A DNA stretch of 64,000 nucleotides, taken from a virus. The translations under genes and the position numbers were made by a program. Numbering within the stretch: the stretch's first letter is position 1; each line of letters starts with the position of its first letter. The stretch lies in IMG/VR virus record IMGVR_UViG_3300028840_002113; one strand, given 5' to 3'. Under the pieces are notes generated by a model. It was not told where the DNA came from and searched no databases. It saw only the letters and a program-made list of their open reading frames with translations. This document shows positions 1 to 9,132 of this stretch, piece after piece.

Positions 1-7
1 GCGACTT

Positions 8-70
8 CCCGTCGCTCCGCTCCGGGCTCTTCATTAGCAGGGTTCGGAGCAGAGCGACGGGAATATATTC
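8..70 (+). promoter_or_regulatory. long imperfect hairpin followed by AATATATTC motif (copy 1 of a recurrent cassette)
   Basis: CCCGTCGCTCCGCTCCG (8-24) pairs with CGGAGCAGAGCGACGGG (45-61), with 1 mismatch and a 20-nt loop. AATATATTC lies at 62-70. The same layout recurs at 24039-24081, 25042-25083 and 25745-25785. Confidence 0.35.
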
Positions 71-275
71 CATTCATATTTCAAGGAGCCAGAAATGGTC
101 GTACACCGATTCGAGAAATGGTTCCCCCAGGATCAGCAGAGCAGAGGCCGTCAAGCTCGTGGAGGAGGATGACTGGGATGATTGCCCGAGGGAGATGGGA
201 ATCTGCGGATGCGACGAAACGGATTGCCCGGAGTGCTCCAGGAATTAACGAAGGCTCATATTGAAAGGTCATACC

Positions 276-629
276 ATGTCCGAAGAGAAATTAAAGACGT
301 TCTTCTGCCTTGCGCCATCATTGCAGGGAACGACAGCTGCAATGATCAAGGCAAAGAACCTGAAGCAAGCTCATTTCATCTATACCAATCATGTCGTCAT
401 ACCATCGAAGAGAAAGAAGGGCAGGGATTTCTACGACCCGGATGCAGTCATGAAGAAAGGGGAAGCTGCTGGACTGGCCTACTGGAATGGATGGTACTAT
501 ATCGAGCAGCTCAAGGTCTGGAAAAAGTTCCGCAAGAAATATCCGATCGCGCCGATCGCCATGCAGCTGAACATCGAGATAACAAAGGGGCGAGCGCAAT
601 ATGATGAGGAACTGAAAGACGACAAATAG
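276..629 (+). CDS. hypothetical protein
   Basis: ATG at 276 inside track ORF 261..629, preceded by GAAAGG. No recognisable motif. Confidence 0.5.
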   Translation: MSEEKLKTFFCLAPSLQGTTAAMIKAKNLKQAHFIYTNHVVIPSKRKKGRDFYDPDAVMKKGEAAGLAYWNGWYYIEQLKVWKKFRKKYPIAPIAMQLNIEITKGRAQYDEELKDDK

Positions 630-646
630 AATATAGAGAGGACGAC

Positions 647-1276
647 ATGAAGCGGAACATATTTCAAAAGGCGACTCGCCTATCCGCTCAAGCATACACA
701 GTAGAACTCCTCCTATCGCATGGGAACTCCAGGTCTTTAACGACGGCCAAAAGAATCGTTGAAGAGATGGAGCGCGATTGCCTCAGGCTCACAGCGACCA
801 TATCCCTTGTCTTCGCCCGTCACGATGCAGCTAAAGAAGGAACGAAGAAGAAGGGCAAGTCGTATGAGCGTAAAGGACCGGAGGCGATCTACAGATGCTG
901 GTCATGCAAGTTCTTCGGCGACCTCGATACTTGCATCAACCTATTCCTTGATAGGCCAGCTTGTCGTCTATACAGGACAAACCAAATACTCAAGAAGCAT
1001 GATTCAAGGATAAAGGCAGTCAGAAAGGGTAAGAGTGGAAAAATACCCTGCCTGAAGGTTCCAAAGATCAAAACATATTCAGAACATATACAGGACTGTC
1101 GCGTCTGCGATAGGTTCTACAAGAAAAGAAGCAAGAGGGCGAGGCTAACACCGAATGAGAAATCGTCCAAGCATTATCGGCGATATCTAAATCGGAGAAG
1201 AAAGAAAGTAGCTGCCTTCTTTGCTTACTACGGAATCAGATTCCGTGATGACTATATTTTCGGATGGGAGGAGTGA
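647..1276 (+). CDS. hypothetical basic Cys-rich protein
   Basis: 209-aa ORF with GAGAGGACGAC upstream of the ATG. Lys/Arg-rich with scattered Cys pairs (CWSCKF, CRVCDRF). Sits directly upstream of the sigma-like gene. Confidence 0.55.
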   Translation: MKRNIFQKATRLSAQAYTVELLLSHGNSRSLTTAKRIVEEMERDCLRLTATISLVFARHDAAKEGTKKKGKSYERKGPEAIYRCWSCKFFGDLDTCINLFLDRPACRLYRTNQILKKHDSRIKAVRKGKSGKIPCLKVPKIKTYSEHIQDCRVCDRFYKKRSKRARLTPNEKSSKHYRRYLNRRRKKVAAFFAYYGIRFRDDYIFGWEE

Positions 1277-1280
1277 ACCG

Positions 1281-1913
1281 ATGGCTGAAAAGAAGAAGAA
1301 GGGGAGGCGGAAGACGACTGCTCTGGATAGAGCTGTCCTTCGCTACCAGGAACGGGGGAAGCAAAGAACCTTCGCCCGTATCTACCACGAAATCTATCCA
1401 ACGGTTCGGTTCGTGGCGAATAGGTTCGCGCATCTATTCCATGACCGAACCATAGAAGACCTGATGCAGGATGCCTACATCCATGTCTCAATGAAGGTCA
1501 TCCCAGCATACGACCCCGAAGTATCGGGCTTCAAGACGCTCGTCCGGATTGCTGTAACGAATAAGTTCCGTACGATGGTCAAGGAAATAATGCGGAAGGT
1601 GAGCGACCCTGCTGGAATCCCTGTCATCACGTTCACGGAATGGGAAGTGTTGAATACCGTAGGACTGGACGAGATTCCCGGAGGGCAGGACATCTTCAAT
1701 GAAATCCTTGTCGGGGATTTCCTTGACCTGTTCAAGGAACGGTTGACGAAGGAATCGTGGAGCATCTACTGGAAAATGTATCGGGACCCGAACTCGCCTC
1801 TGAAACATCTTGCAAAAGAAATGGGAATCTCAGCTATGAGCCTGTATAGGAAGTCCCGATCCATCTATTCCTTTCTGAAAATGCTTGTCGAAAAGGAGGC
1901 GAGCGATGGCTAG
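1281..1913 (+). CDS. sigma-70 family (ECF-like) RNA polymerase sigma factor, putative
   Basis: ATG 1281 follows GGAGGAG. Region-2-like segment: EDLMQDAYIHVSMKV..YDPEVSGFKTLVRIAVTNKFRTMVKE. C-terminal HTH: LKHLAKEMGISAMSLYRKSRSIY (region 4-like). Confidence 0.5.
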   Translation: MAEKKKKGRRKTTALDRAVLRYQERGKQRTFARIYHEIYPTVRFVANRFAHLFHDRTIEDLMQDAYIHVSMKVIPAYDPEVSGFKTLVRIAVTNKFRTMVKEIMRKVSDPAGIPVITFTEWEVLNTVGLDEIPGGQDIFNEILVGDFLDLFKERLTKESWSIYWKMYRDPNSPLKHLAKEMGISAMSLYRKSRSIYSFLKMLVEKEASDG

Positions 1914-2163
1914 CTCGATCGATCTGGTTCGGGAATATCCGAACATCTTCAAGCGGATATCCCTGGACGAAGTGGACATCATTGCGAGAGGCGAACAGCC
2001 AAAGCATCGTCATTACATTTATCTGGAGGACTTGAACGAGATCATTGACGTGATCAAGAACCAAGATGAAGAGGAGGCAATCAAACTGATCGCCAGGAAA
2101 ATACATTCGGCCGATATTGAAAGGAAGAACAATGGCGAAGCAAGGAAGGACGCTGACGCTTGA
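1906..2163 (+). CDS. hypothetical protein
   Basis: ATG 1906 follows AAGGAGG and overlaps the stop of the upstream gene by 8 nt. Confidence 0.5.
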   Translation: MASSIDLVREYPNIFKRISLDEVDIIARGEQPKHRHYIYLEDLNEIIDVIKNQDEEEAIKLIARKIHSADIERKNNGEARKDADA

Positions 2164-2413
2164 GGATTTCAAGAAAGCGAAAGCAAAATGGAAAAAGATG
2201 AAGGGGAATAAACGGCAAGCCAAGAAGATCGGACAGGACCTCGTCGGTTGCTATCTCGGCAAGTATCTCAGGATCGCAAGAGCGGTCTATGACAAACGAC
2301 TCTCGCCTCCGCTCTGGTTCGAGATCGCGACATTGGATGGATATTCGTTCGCCTTCAATTCAAAGGCGTTCGCATCCTTCCTCGCAAAGAAGGGAGAGCG
2401 TGATGCCGATTGA
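2132..2413 (+). CDS. hypothetical protein
   Basis: ATG 2132 inside track ORF 2117..2413, preceded by AAGGAAG. Confidence 0.5.
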   Translation: MAKQGRTLTLEDFKKAKAKWKKMKGNKRQAKKIGQDLVGCYLGKYLRIARAVYDKRLSPPLWFEIATLDGYSFAFNSKAFASFLAKKGERDAD

Positions 2414-2885
2414 AATAACAAAGGAGGCAATCAGCAAGGGAGACGAGAACCTTCATTGTGTTCTCTGTTCATACGGCAAGAAGGCCGGGAGGATACTCTG
2501 GCGGATTGAATTCGTTAGCGAGACGTATCGCTTTCACTGGCTCTTGTGCAATCGGTGTCGGTTCAACCTATTCGTCGCGCTCGGTGGGAAGCGGATGGAG
2601 ACGTTAGTCGCAGGGGAAAGCATGAGCGTCGGAAATATAATACCGATCGTCCAGAGATTGGTGAAGGAGCCGAAGCAGAAGATATCAAGGAAGGGCAAAG
2701 TTCGGTCGTCATACTTCTATTCCCTATCGCATGATCGTAGAGCTGCGATAGAGGCTGGATTTACTTTGCAGTTCTACGAACAGAACTACAAAGACTTCGA
2801 TTTCAAGACGGGCAAAGCTGTCTATAAAGGCAAGAAGAAAAAGAATAAGGATAAAGGCAAGAAGAAACCCAGAAGGCTTCTGTAA
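2403..2885 (+). CDS. hypothetical zinc-ribbon protein with Lys-rich tail
   Basis: ATG 2403 overlaps the upstream stop. Cys pairs HCVLCSYG and LLCNRCRF. C-terminus is KGKKKKNKDKGKKKPRRLL. Confidence 0.5.
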   Translation: MPIEITKEAISKGDENLHCVLCSYGKKAGRILWRIEFVSETYRFHWLLCNRCRFNLFVALGGKRMETLVAGESMSVGNIIPIVQRLVKEPKQKISRKGKVRSSYFYSLSHDRRAAIEAGFTLQFYEQNYKDFDFKTGKAVYKGKKKKNKDKGKKKPRRLL

Positions 2886-2900
2886 GGAAGGAGGCGGAGG

Positions 2901-3092
2901 ATGGAATTGGCTTGGACAGAAGTATTCATCATCGATCCGGAAACGTATATACTCATCCCTCTGGACTGCATCATTTCCAAAGCTATAATCCACGACACGT
3001 TCGACGACTATTGCTATATCGTCGCAGTCCCCGTTGAAAAGCTGCCCAGAGTTCGCGGAGCATTCGCGAAGCGAGGGTTGATCAAGGAATAA
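2901..3092 (+). CDS. hypothetical protein
   Basis: 63-aa ORF with GGAGGCGGAGG immediately upstream. Confidence 0.45.
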   Translation: MELAWTEVFIIDPETYILIPLDCIISKAIIHDTFDDYCYIVAVPVEKLPRVRGAFAKRGLIKE

Positions 3093-3095
3093 ATT

Positions 3096-6000
3096 ATGTT
3101 CGTGAATCTGCATCAACATACTCACTACTCACTCCTGGATGGTTGCGCTCAGATCAAGCCTCTGGTCAAGAGAGCTGCCGACCTTGATATGCCTTCCCTT
3201 GCGATCACGGACCACGGTACGCTCGCAGGATCGCTTGAATTCTATCTTGAGTGCAAGAGGGCAGGAATCAACCCTATCGTCGGCGTTGAAGCATACGTTG
3301 ACGATTCAAAGAGCAGGAAGGAACAATATCGGCACGTCGTCCTTCTCGCCAAGAATTACAAAGGATATCTGAACCTGCTAAAGATCGTGTCTGAAGCCTA
3401 TGTCAATGGATTTTATTATAGGCCAAGGACGACGACAGAGAAGATATTCGAGCATGGAGAAGGCCTCATAGTGTCTTCGGCTTGCATGGGAGGAATCATT
3501 GCAAAGACACGAGGCCGAAAACAAGCTAGACACGAGGCCGAAAAATGGAAGGATAGATTCGGAAATGATTTCTATATTGAAATCCAGTTCAACGAAATAG
3601 CAGGACAGAAGCCCGTCAACGCTATGCTCGTATCTGTAGCAGAAGAGGTCGGCGTGAAAGTATTGCCGACCCTGGATGCACACTATGTTCATCCTGAGGA
3701 TATACAAATACAAGACTTCGTCCTACTCGTAAGGGACAAGAAGAATGTCGATCGCTTGAAGGAGGTCGCATATAAGGCTCGGTCTCTGTATTTAATGACT
3801 GGGAAAGAGCTCTGGCAGAAAGCGAGCGAGTTCGGATTTAATTATACGAAGGCAGAATTCAAACGTCTAATTAGATCAACGAAGGAAGTGTCTGATAAAT
3901 GCGACCTTGAAATACCGACAGGTTCATTTCACTTGCCTGATATGGGAATGTCCCATTCAGAATTCAAGCGGATGGTCAAGCATGAATTCAAACAGTTCCA
4001 TTTCTATAAGAAGACGCCAATATACGAGCGGAGATTGAAAAAGGAACTGAAGATTATATCCAAGCTCGGGTTCCACGACTATTTCCTAATCGTCAAGGAC
4101 CTCGTGTCATGGTGTAGACAGAACGACATCTTTGTCGGTCCAGCCAGAGGCTCGGTCGCCGGGTCTCTGGCTTCTTTTGTTTTGGGGATTACGAAAATCG
4201 ATCCCATCAAACATGGATTGATCTTCGAGCGATTCCTGAACGAGAGCCGAGTAGATATGCCGGATATTGACCTTGACTTTGATGCAAACAAACGGGACAG
4301 GGTCTTGGCCTATATCGCAGACAAGTATGGACACAATAAAGTCGCTCGGGTTATTTCTTTCGGCACGTTCGGTCAGGTCGGTGCTCTCAAGGATGTCGGT
4401 AGGGTATTCAAGCTTCCTCAGCGACCAATAAATGAAATCGCATCGGCAGTCTATAGGACTGGCTCGTTGAAGGATGCACGGAAAGACCTGTCTGGATTGC
4501 TATTAGATTTCTGGGATGAACATAAGAAGGAGATCAGGGTAGCAAGACGAGTCGCGACAATGATTAGGAATGCAGGAGTGCATCCTTGCGGTTTAATCAT
4601 TGCCCCGAAGCCTGTCTATAAGTTTGCTCCGCTTCAGCGTGTCAAAGGCGATATCGTATCTGCATATTCAGAAGGGTTCAAAGGCAGGGAGCTGACAGAG
4701 ATTGGGCTTATTAAATTTGATATCCTTGGCCTGAATACTTGTTCCATTATCAGCGATGCTTTGGATTTGGTCAAGGAACACGAGGGCGAAGACCATACTG
4801 AATCGATCTGGGATCTTGACTTGACAGACGAGAAGCTGCTGAATCAGGCTCGAAAGGGCAATACGACGGGCGGATTCCAGTTTGAAACTGATTCGGCGAC
4901 TAAGCTACTTCGCAAGGTTAAGCCAAGAACCTTCTACGAAATAGCTGCCTTGAATGCTATCAACCGTCCTGGTCCTTTGGCGAGTGGAGCAGTAGAGCGG
5001 TTCCATAATCATGAAGGAATGGGAATAGAGAACGACGAGATTGAAAAGGCATTGAAAGAAACAAGGGGCGTTCTTGTGTATCAGGAACAGGTGATGCGTC
5101 TGTTGCACAAGATAGCAGGGTATTCGCTGGTAGAAGCAGACAATATCAGGAAGCTAGCTGCAAAGAAAATATTCAGCAAAAGGAAGGCAAAGAAGTTCAG
5201 GAAGGAGTTCATGAAGAGATGCGCCGAACGTATCGGGCGCGACGATGCGAAAAGGCTTTGGGATATCATTGGCGAATTTACACAGTACTCGTTCAATAAG
5301 AGTCATGCCGTTTCGTATGCTTACCTATTCTTTCAGGTTCTATTCTTGAAGAACTATCATCCCGGTCCATTCTTCGTGTCGCTCCTTTCTAACACAGCGA
5401 CAGGAACGATAAAGGATAGGAAGCATGGATCTGAGAAGAATAAGCTTTATAGATACATCAACGAGGCAAGACAGTATGGACTAAAGATATTCGGGCCGGA
5501 CATCAATAGGTCGGGCATCGGGTTCGGCATTGAAAAGAAGGGCATTCGTTTCGGCCTATCCAAAATCAAAGGCATCAAGGGGCCGACGGCCGAAGAGATC
5601 GTGTCGAAACAGCCATTCAGTTCTTTTAATGATTTCATGAACAAGGTCAGCGGGAAGGTCCACAAGGGCAAGGTCGTCGCACTCATTCAGGCAGGATGCT
5701 TTGATTGTTTCGCAGACCGCAATACCATCAAGCGAACGTTCAATAGTGTGCGGAAGGATCAAGTATTTACCCTGAAGAAAACATTCGTAGAGGATTCGGT
5801 AGACGCATTCGGTTTCATACTTCTGCATCCGTTCTTCTTTGAACCTGTGAAGGAATATTTGCTTGGAAGGTACTGCGTCTCATCTCAACAGCTACAGAAA
5901 TTCGATAGATGGGAACGTGTCAATGTATCTGGAATCATATTGAACGTAGAAATCAAAATGTCAGGGAAGTCCGCGATGGTAGTAAAGCTCCAGGACCATC

Positions 6001-6209
6001 GTGGCGATATGTTCATCTACTTCGACAAAGGCGCGAAGGAGAAATTCCTGCCGATACTTAAACCGTTCAACATTCTATTTGTCAATGGTAGAGTCATGGG
6101 AACGAATCGGATCTTGTGCTATGCGGAAAAGGACAAGGTTTTTGACATAACAAAAAAGATCGGCGAGCTGATGGAGGATAAGTCATGCCGAAGAAGAGGT
6201 CTGATATAA
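3096..6209 (+). CDS. dnaE: DNA polymerase III alpha subunit (DnaE-type, PHP + polymerase core + OB)
   Basis: N-terminal PHP motif HQHTHYSLLDG..ITDHG. GSVAGSLASFVLGITKIDP and the catalytic PDIDLDFD. LVYQEQVM, FNKSHAVSYA. 1037 aa. Confidence 0.95.
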   Translation: MFVNLHQHTHYSLLDGCAQIKPLVKRAADLDMPSLAITDHGTLAGSLEFYLECKRAGINPIVGVEAYVDDSKSRKEQYRHVVLLAKNYKGYLNLLKIVSEAYVNGFYYRPRTTTEKIFEHGEGLIVSSACMGGIIAKTRGRKQARHEAEKWKDRFGNDFYIEIQFNEIAGQKPVNAMLVSVAEEVGVKVLPTLDAHYVHPEDIQIQDFVLLVRDKKNVDRLKEVAYKARSLYLMTGKELWQKASEFGFNYTKAEFKRLIRSTKEVSDKCDLEIPTGSFHLPDMGMSHSEFKRMVKHEFKQFHFYKKTPIYERRLKKELKIISKLGFHDYFLIVKDLVSWCRQNDIFVGPARGSVAGSLASFVLGITKIDPIKHGLIFERFLNESRVDMPDIDLDFDANKRDRVLAYIADKYGHNKVARVISFGTFGQVGALKDVGRVFKLPQRPINEIASAVYRTGSLKDARKDLSGLLLDFWDEHKKEIRVARRVATMIRNAGVHPCGLIIAPKPVYKFAPLQRVKGDIVSAYSEGFKGRELTEIGLIKFDILGLNTCSIISDALDLVKEHEGEDHTESIWDLDLTDEKLLNQARKGNTTGGFQFETDSATKLLRKVKPRTFYEIAALNAINRPGPLASGAVERFHNHEGMGIENDEIEKALKETRGVLVYQEQVMRLLHKIAGYSLVEADNIRKLAAKKIFSKRKAKKFRKEFMKRCAERIGRDDAKRLWDIIGEFTQYSFNKSHAVSYAYLFFQVLFLKNYHPGPFFVSLLSNTATGTIKDRKHGSEKNKLYRYINEARQYGLKIFGPDINRSGIGFGIEKKGIRFGLSKIKGIKGPTAEEIVSKQPFSSFNDFMNKVSGKVHKGKVVALIQAGCFDCFADRNTIKRTFNSVRKDQVFTLKKTFVEDSVDAFGFILLHPFFFEPVKEYLLGRYCVSSQQLQKFDRWERVNVSGIILNVEIKMSGKSAMVVKLQDHRGDMFIYFDKGAKEKFLPILKPFNILFVNGRVMGTNRILCYAEKDKVFDITKKIGELMEDKSCRRRGLI

Positions 6210-6691
6210 AACCCGTGGAAATCGATTGGGAAGATTTCCAAAACAAACCGAACGAGTTTAGGTTCCTGAAAAAGATCCTGAAGCTTGTCGGCAAGTATCA
6301 GGGGATGGGAATTGCCGACATGGTGTCGGCTTTCAAAAAGGATATCCTATCCCGGGATCAAATCAATCTAGCTGCGATGAACGTCTTTCTTGCTGTTCAG
6401 GCTGGACGGGCAGAAGGAGGGTTGAACAAGGCATACGGAAACAGGAAGGCAAAGATCGCAGAAGAGGAGGTTGATATACGATTGAACGGCATGGAAGACG
6501 TGGATCGAGTCACGGACAAGCTGGTCCAGGCTGAAGCCGAGAAGAGATGCAAGAAGCACAGGATGCGCGAGGCGAAGGCCACAGAGCTCGCTCGGGTTTT
6601 CGAATACGTCATGCACAGAGTGAACAAGCTGTTGGACGCTCTGGAGAACGCGAACAAGAGTTTGGAAGCCGAACATAGGAGGACGAAATAA
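6185..6691 (+). CDS. hypothetical protein (coiled-coil C-terminus)
   Basis: 168-aa ORF. GGAGGA lies 6 nt upstream of the ATG. Overlaps the dnaE end. Confidence 0.5.
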   Translation: MPKKRSDIKPVEIDWEDFQNKPNEFRFLKKILKLVGKYQGMGIADMVSAFKKDILSRDQINLAAMNVFLAVQAGRAEGGLNKAYGNRKAKIAEEEVDIRLNGMEDVDRVTDKLVQAEAEKRCKKHRMREAKATELARVFEYVMHRVNKLLDALENANKSLEAEHRRTK

Positions 6692-7428
6692 TGGCCGAAA
6701 TAAAAGTGGAAGCGGAGGCGTTCAGTTCATTCCTGTCCAAGGTCAATCTCGATGGCCTTGTCTTGGACTGCGTCGTAGACGCCGAAGACGGGAACCTCGT
6801 GTCTTGCGGTCTGGATACTGCGAGAGCGATCTACTTCAATGTAGTCGGCGAGGCAAAGGTCGAAGAGGCTGGACAGTTCATCATCGGTAATATCCAGGTT
6901 TTCAGGCAGATCCTTTCTCGGTTCGACGGCATGGTGAAAATCACGTCGTCGGATAAACAGCTGGTCGTCCGGCAAAGAAGAAAGATCGGTCGGTTCGAAG
7001 TGACGGCATTGAAGTCGGTGGACTCCTACCAGAAGGCCTCCGTTGTCAAGGTGAAAAAGAACAAGGTCGTGACGCCGACTTTGAAGCTGCAATACAAGAC
7101 GAACAATTTCATCGCGGATGCAAGCCAGCTCAGGGAGATCACAGGGGACGCCGACTTGCTCGGGGAGCATACATACATCTTCGTCGTCGAAAAGAAAATG
7201 GTCAAGGTCGTGGTCGAACGTGGGAAGAATTCCTTCACGACGAAGCTGGACACGAGCAAGAGCGACCTGAAGAAAGGGATGTCCGTGATGTTCGGGCACG
7301 GCATCAAGGAGATATTCAAAACGGTCGAAGGACGGGTGAAGATCTACCTGGAAAAGAATCCTCCGATGCTGATCAGGTTCGGGGACGGCCTCCGCTCCTA
7401 CTATCTGCTCATGACGAAGGAGGAATAG
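6691..7428 (+). CDS. putative DNA sliding clamp (PCNA/gp45-like)
   Basis: 245 aa, which is PCNA/gp45 size. AGGAGGA upstream. Sits directly upstream of the clamp-loader genes. The call rests on context only, with no diagnostic motif. Confidence 0.35.
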   Translation: MAEIKVEAEAFSSFLSKVNLDGLVLDCVVDAEDGNLVSCGLDTARAIYFNVVGEAKVEEAGQFIIGNIQVFRQILSRFDGMVKITSSDKQLVVRQRRKIGRFEVTALKSVDSYQKASVVKVKKNKVVTPTLKLQYKTNNFIADASQLREITGDADLLGEHTYIFVVEKKMVKVVVERGKNSFTTKLDTSKSDLKKGMSVMFGHGIKEIFKTVEGRVKIYLEKNPPMLIRFGDGLRSYYLLMTKEE

Positions 7429-7431
7429 GCC

Positions 7432-7980
7432 ATGATTCGCCTCCTTATCGGCGACACAAAGAGAAGGGAGGACAGCATCACGCTGTCCTCCCTCTCTGTT
7501 AATAAACTCAAGGCTCAACAGCTCGTCAAGGGCAGGTTCTTGATTGACATTGACGAGGGTCGCCTTGATATGCGAAAACTCAAGGCTTTGCTAAAGGAGT
7601 GCAAGGTTGATCTGGACTTGAGGACTAATTCGTATGACAGATACGACAAGGTGAAAAATCTTGTAGATGAAATAGAAGATTCAGGCGGAACACGAACTCT
7701 GAACATATTCCATCTGCTCCAGCTTATATTCACTGATACAGACAGGGATCGTGTCTTTAGAGAGCTGGAAAAATGGAAGCCTCCTTTGGAAGTATTATTG
7801 AAATGGATGATGGGCAATATAGCAGAGGATGATGATGAGAACCGCGACCTGCTAAACACGATAGACCGTTACCTATACGTCGTGGATACCAAGATCATTC
7901 ACCTGCTAATTTCACACTTCGAGCCGATCTATTCTTGGCGAATGCGGTTCTACTATCGTTTCAAAAAGAAGGGGGAATGA
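7432..7980 (+). CDS. putative clamp-loader accessory subunit (gp62-like by size and position)
   Basis: 182 aa, lying between the clamp-like gene and the RFC-like ATPase. No Walker motifs. Inferred from the T4 45/44/62 analogy. Confidence 0.3.
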   Translation: MIRLLIGDTKRREDSITLSSLSVNKLKAQQLVKGRFLIDIDEGRLDMRKLKALLKECKVDLDLRTNSYDRYDKVKNLVDEIEDSGGTRTLNIFHLLQLIFTDTDRDRVFRELEKWKPPLEVLLKWMMGNIAEDDDENRDLLNTIDRYLYVVDTKIIHLLISHFEPIYSWRMRFYYRFKKKGE

Positions 7981-8837
7981 TGTTCGTAGAAAAATATAGG
8001 CCGACGCTGTTCAAACAAGTAATCGGGCAGGACCATATCGTCAAGCCGATCGCGAAGTATATAAAGAAGAACAGCATCATTCCGCATCTGCTGTTCTCTG
8101 GTCCTGCCGGAACAGGAAAGACGACCCTTGCTACCATTATCGCAAGGAAGTTCTTCGGCGAAGATTGGAAGGGGTCGTTCCTTGAGCTCAATGCAAGTTC
8201 CGACAGGGGGATTGATGTCATACGAAATAGGGTCAAGGAATTTGCGAACACGCAAAGCTTCCACGGGTTCAAGATTGTTTTCCTTGATGAAGCAGACGCA
8301 ATCACCAAAGATGCTCAACACGCTCTTCGTCGGCTGATGGAGACGTCGTATAAGAATTGTCGTTTCATATTATCCTGCAATTATCCTGAGAAGATTATAG
8401 ACCCCATCGCTTCAAGATGCACAGAGTACGAGTTCAGGCCGATTAAAAACAAGGCTCTAAGAAAATTGGCTGACGATGTTAGAAACAAGGAGGAGATTGA
8501 TATTAGCCTGAGCAAACTCAAGGTCGTCATCCTGGAATCGAATGGCGATGCTCGAAAGATGTTAAATATACTTGAGGGAGTCAAGAACGGTTTAGAAATT
8601 GAGGCAGAGCCGATCGACGATATATATTCCATGGACGTCGGCGAGTTCATAGAGCGTGTTCATAAGATAGATCCAGACTATGTCTTTAGACTATTAGTGG
8701 ATGGAGCCCTGAGCCTACGAAACAAGAGGGTCGTGATTATCCTTGCCGAATGTGATGCACGATTTAGATTAGGTTGCGTCAAAACCCTGCAGCTCATATC
8801 CGCGTTCATACAGATCAAGAAAGCGATGGGAGGATAA
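7977..8837 (+). CDS. clamp loader ATPase, RFC small-subunit / gp44-like
   Basis: FVEKYRP N-terminal box. Walker A GPAGTGKTT. Walker B FLDEAD. SRC arginine-finger motif (IASRCTEYEF). ATG 7977 overlaps the upstream stop. Confidence 0.85.
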   Translation: MMFVEKYRPTLFKQVIGQDHIVKPIAKYIKKNSIIPHLLFSGPAGTGKTTLATIIARKFFGEDWKGSFLELNASSDRGIDVIRNRVKEFANTQSFHGFKIVFLDEADAITKDAQHALRRLMETSYKNCRFILSCNYPEKIIDPIASRCTEYEFRPIKNKALRKLADDVRNKEEIDISLSKLKVVILESNGDARKMLNILEGVKNGLEIEAEPIDDIYSMDVGEFIERVHKIDPDYVFRLLVDGALSLRNKRVVIILAECDARFRLGCVKTLQLISAFIQIKKAMGG

Positions 8838-8838
8838 T

Positions 8839-9132
8839 ATGCTCGATAGCTTGATCAAAGCGTTGACAAAGTTCATTCCAAGGGTCGTTATCGTCAAGAA
8901 GGGTTTTGAGGAGAACGTGCTCCTCAAGGGATTCCATACCGTTCGCTTCCATACTTGGCTGTCCCAGCCTGTAATCCTTAGCTCGGATTCGAAAAAGAAC
9001 CGGGAGAAGGTAAGGAAGACGGCAAGGAAGCTCATGAAAGAATGCCGACTCCTGGTCGGCGAGGACATAGAGGAATTCATTGCGGAAGCAAAAGAGCTCC
9101 AGAAGAAGAAGAAGAAAGGAGGCAAGTCGTGA
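8839..9132 (+). CDS. hypothetical protein
   Basis: 97-aa ORF with GGGAGGA upstream. Its stop overlaps the GTG start of the next gene (GTGA). Confidence 0.5.
   Translation: MLDSLIKALTKFIPRVVIVKKGFEENVLLKGFHTVRFHTWLSQPVILSSDSKKNREKVRKTARKLMKECRLLVGEDIEEFIAEAKELQKKKKKGGKS

Noticed and set aside
3-264. Small ORFs at the window start (ATG 95..172, ATG 169..264, and an open frame ending at 248 that reads WDDCPREMGICGCDETDCPECSRN)
   Set aside because: The three mutually overlapping frames cannot be ranked from sequence alone. The Cys-rich frame has no start with an SD inside the window and may belong to a gene beginning upstream.
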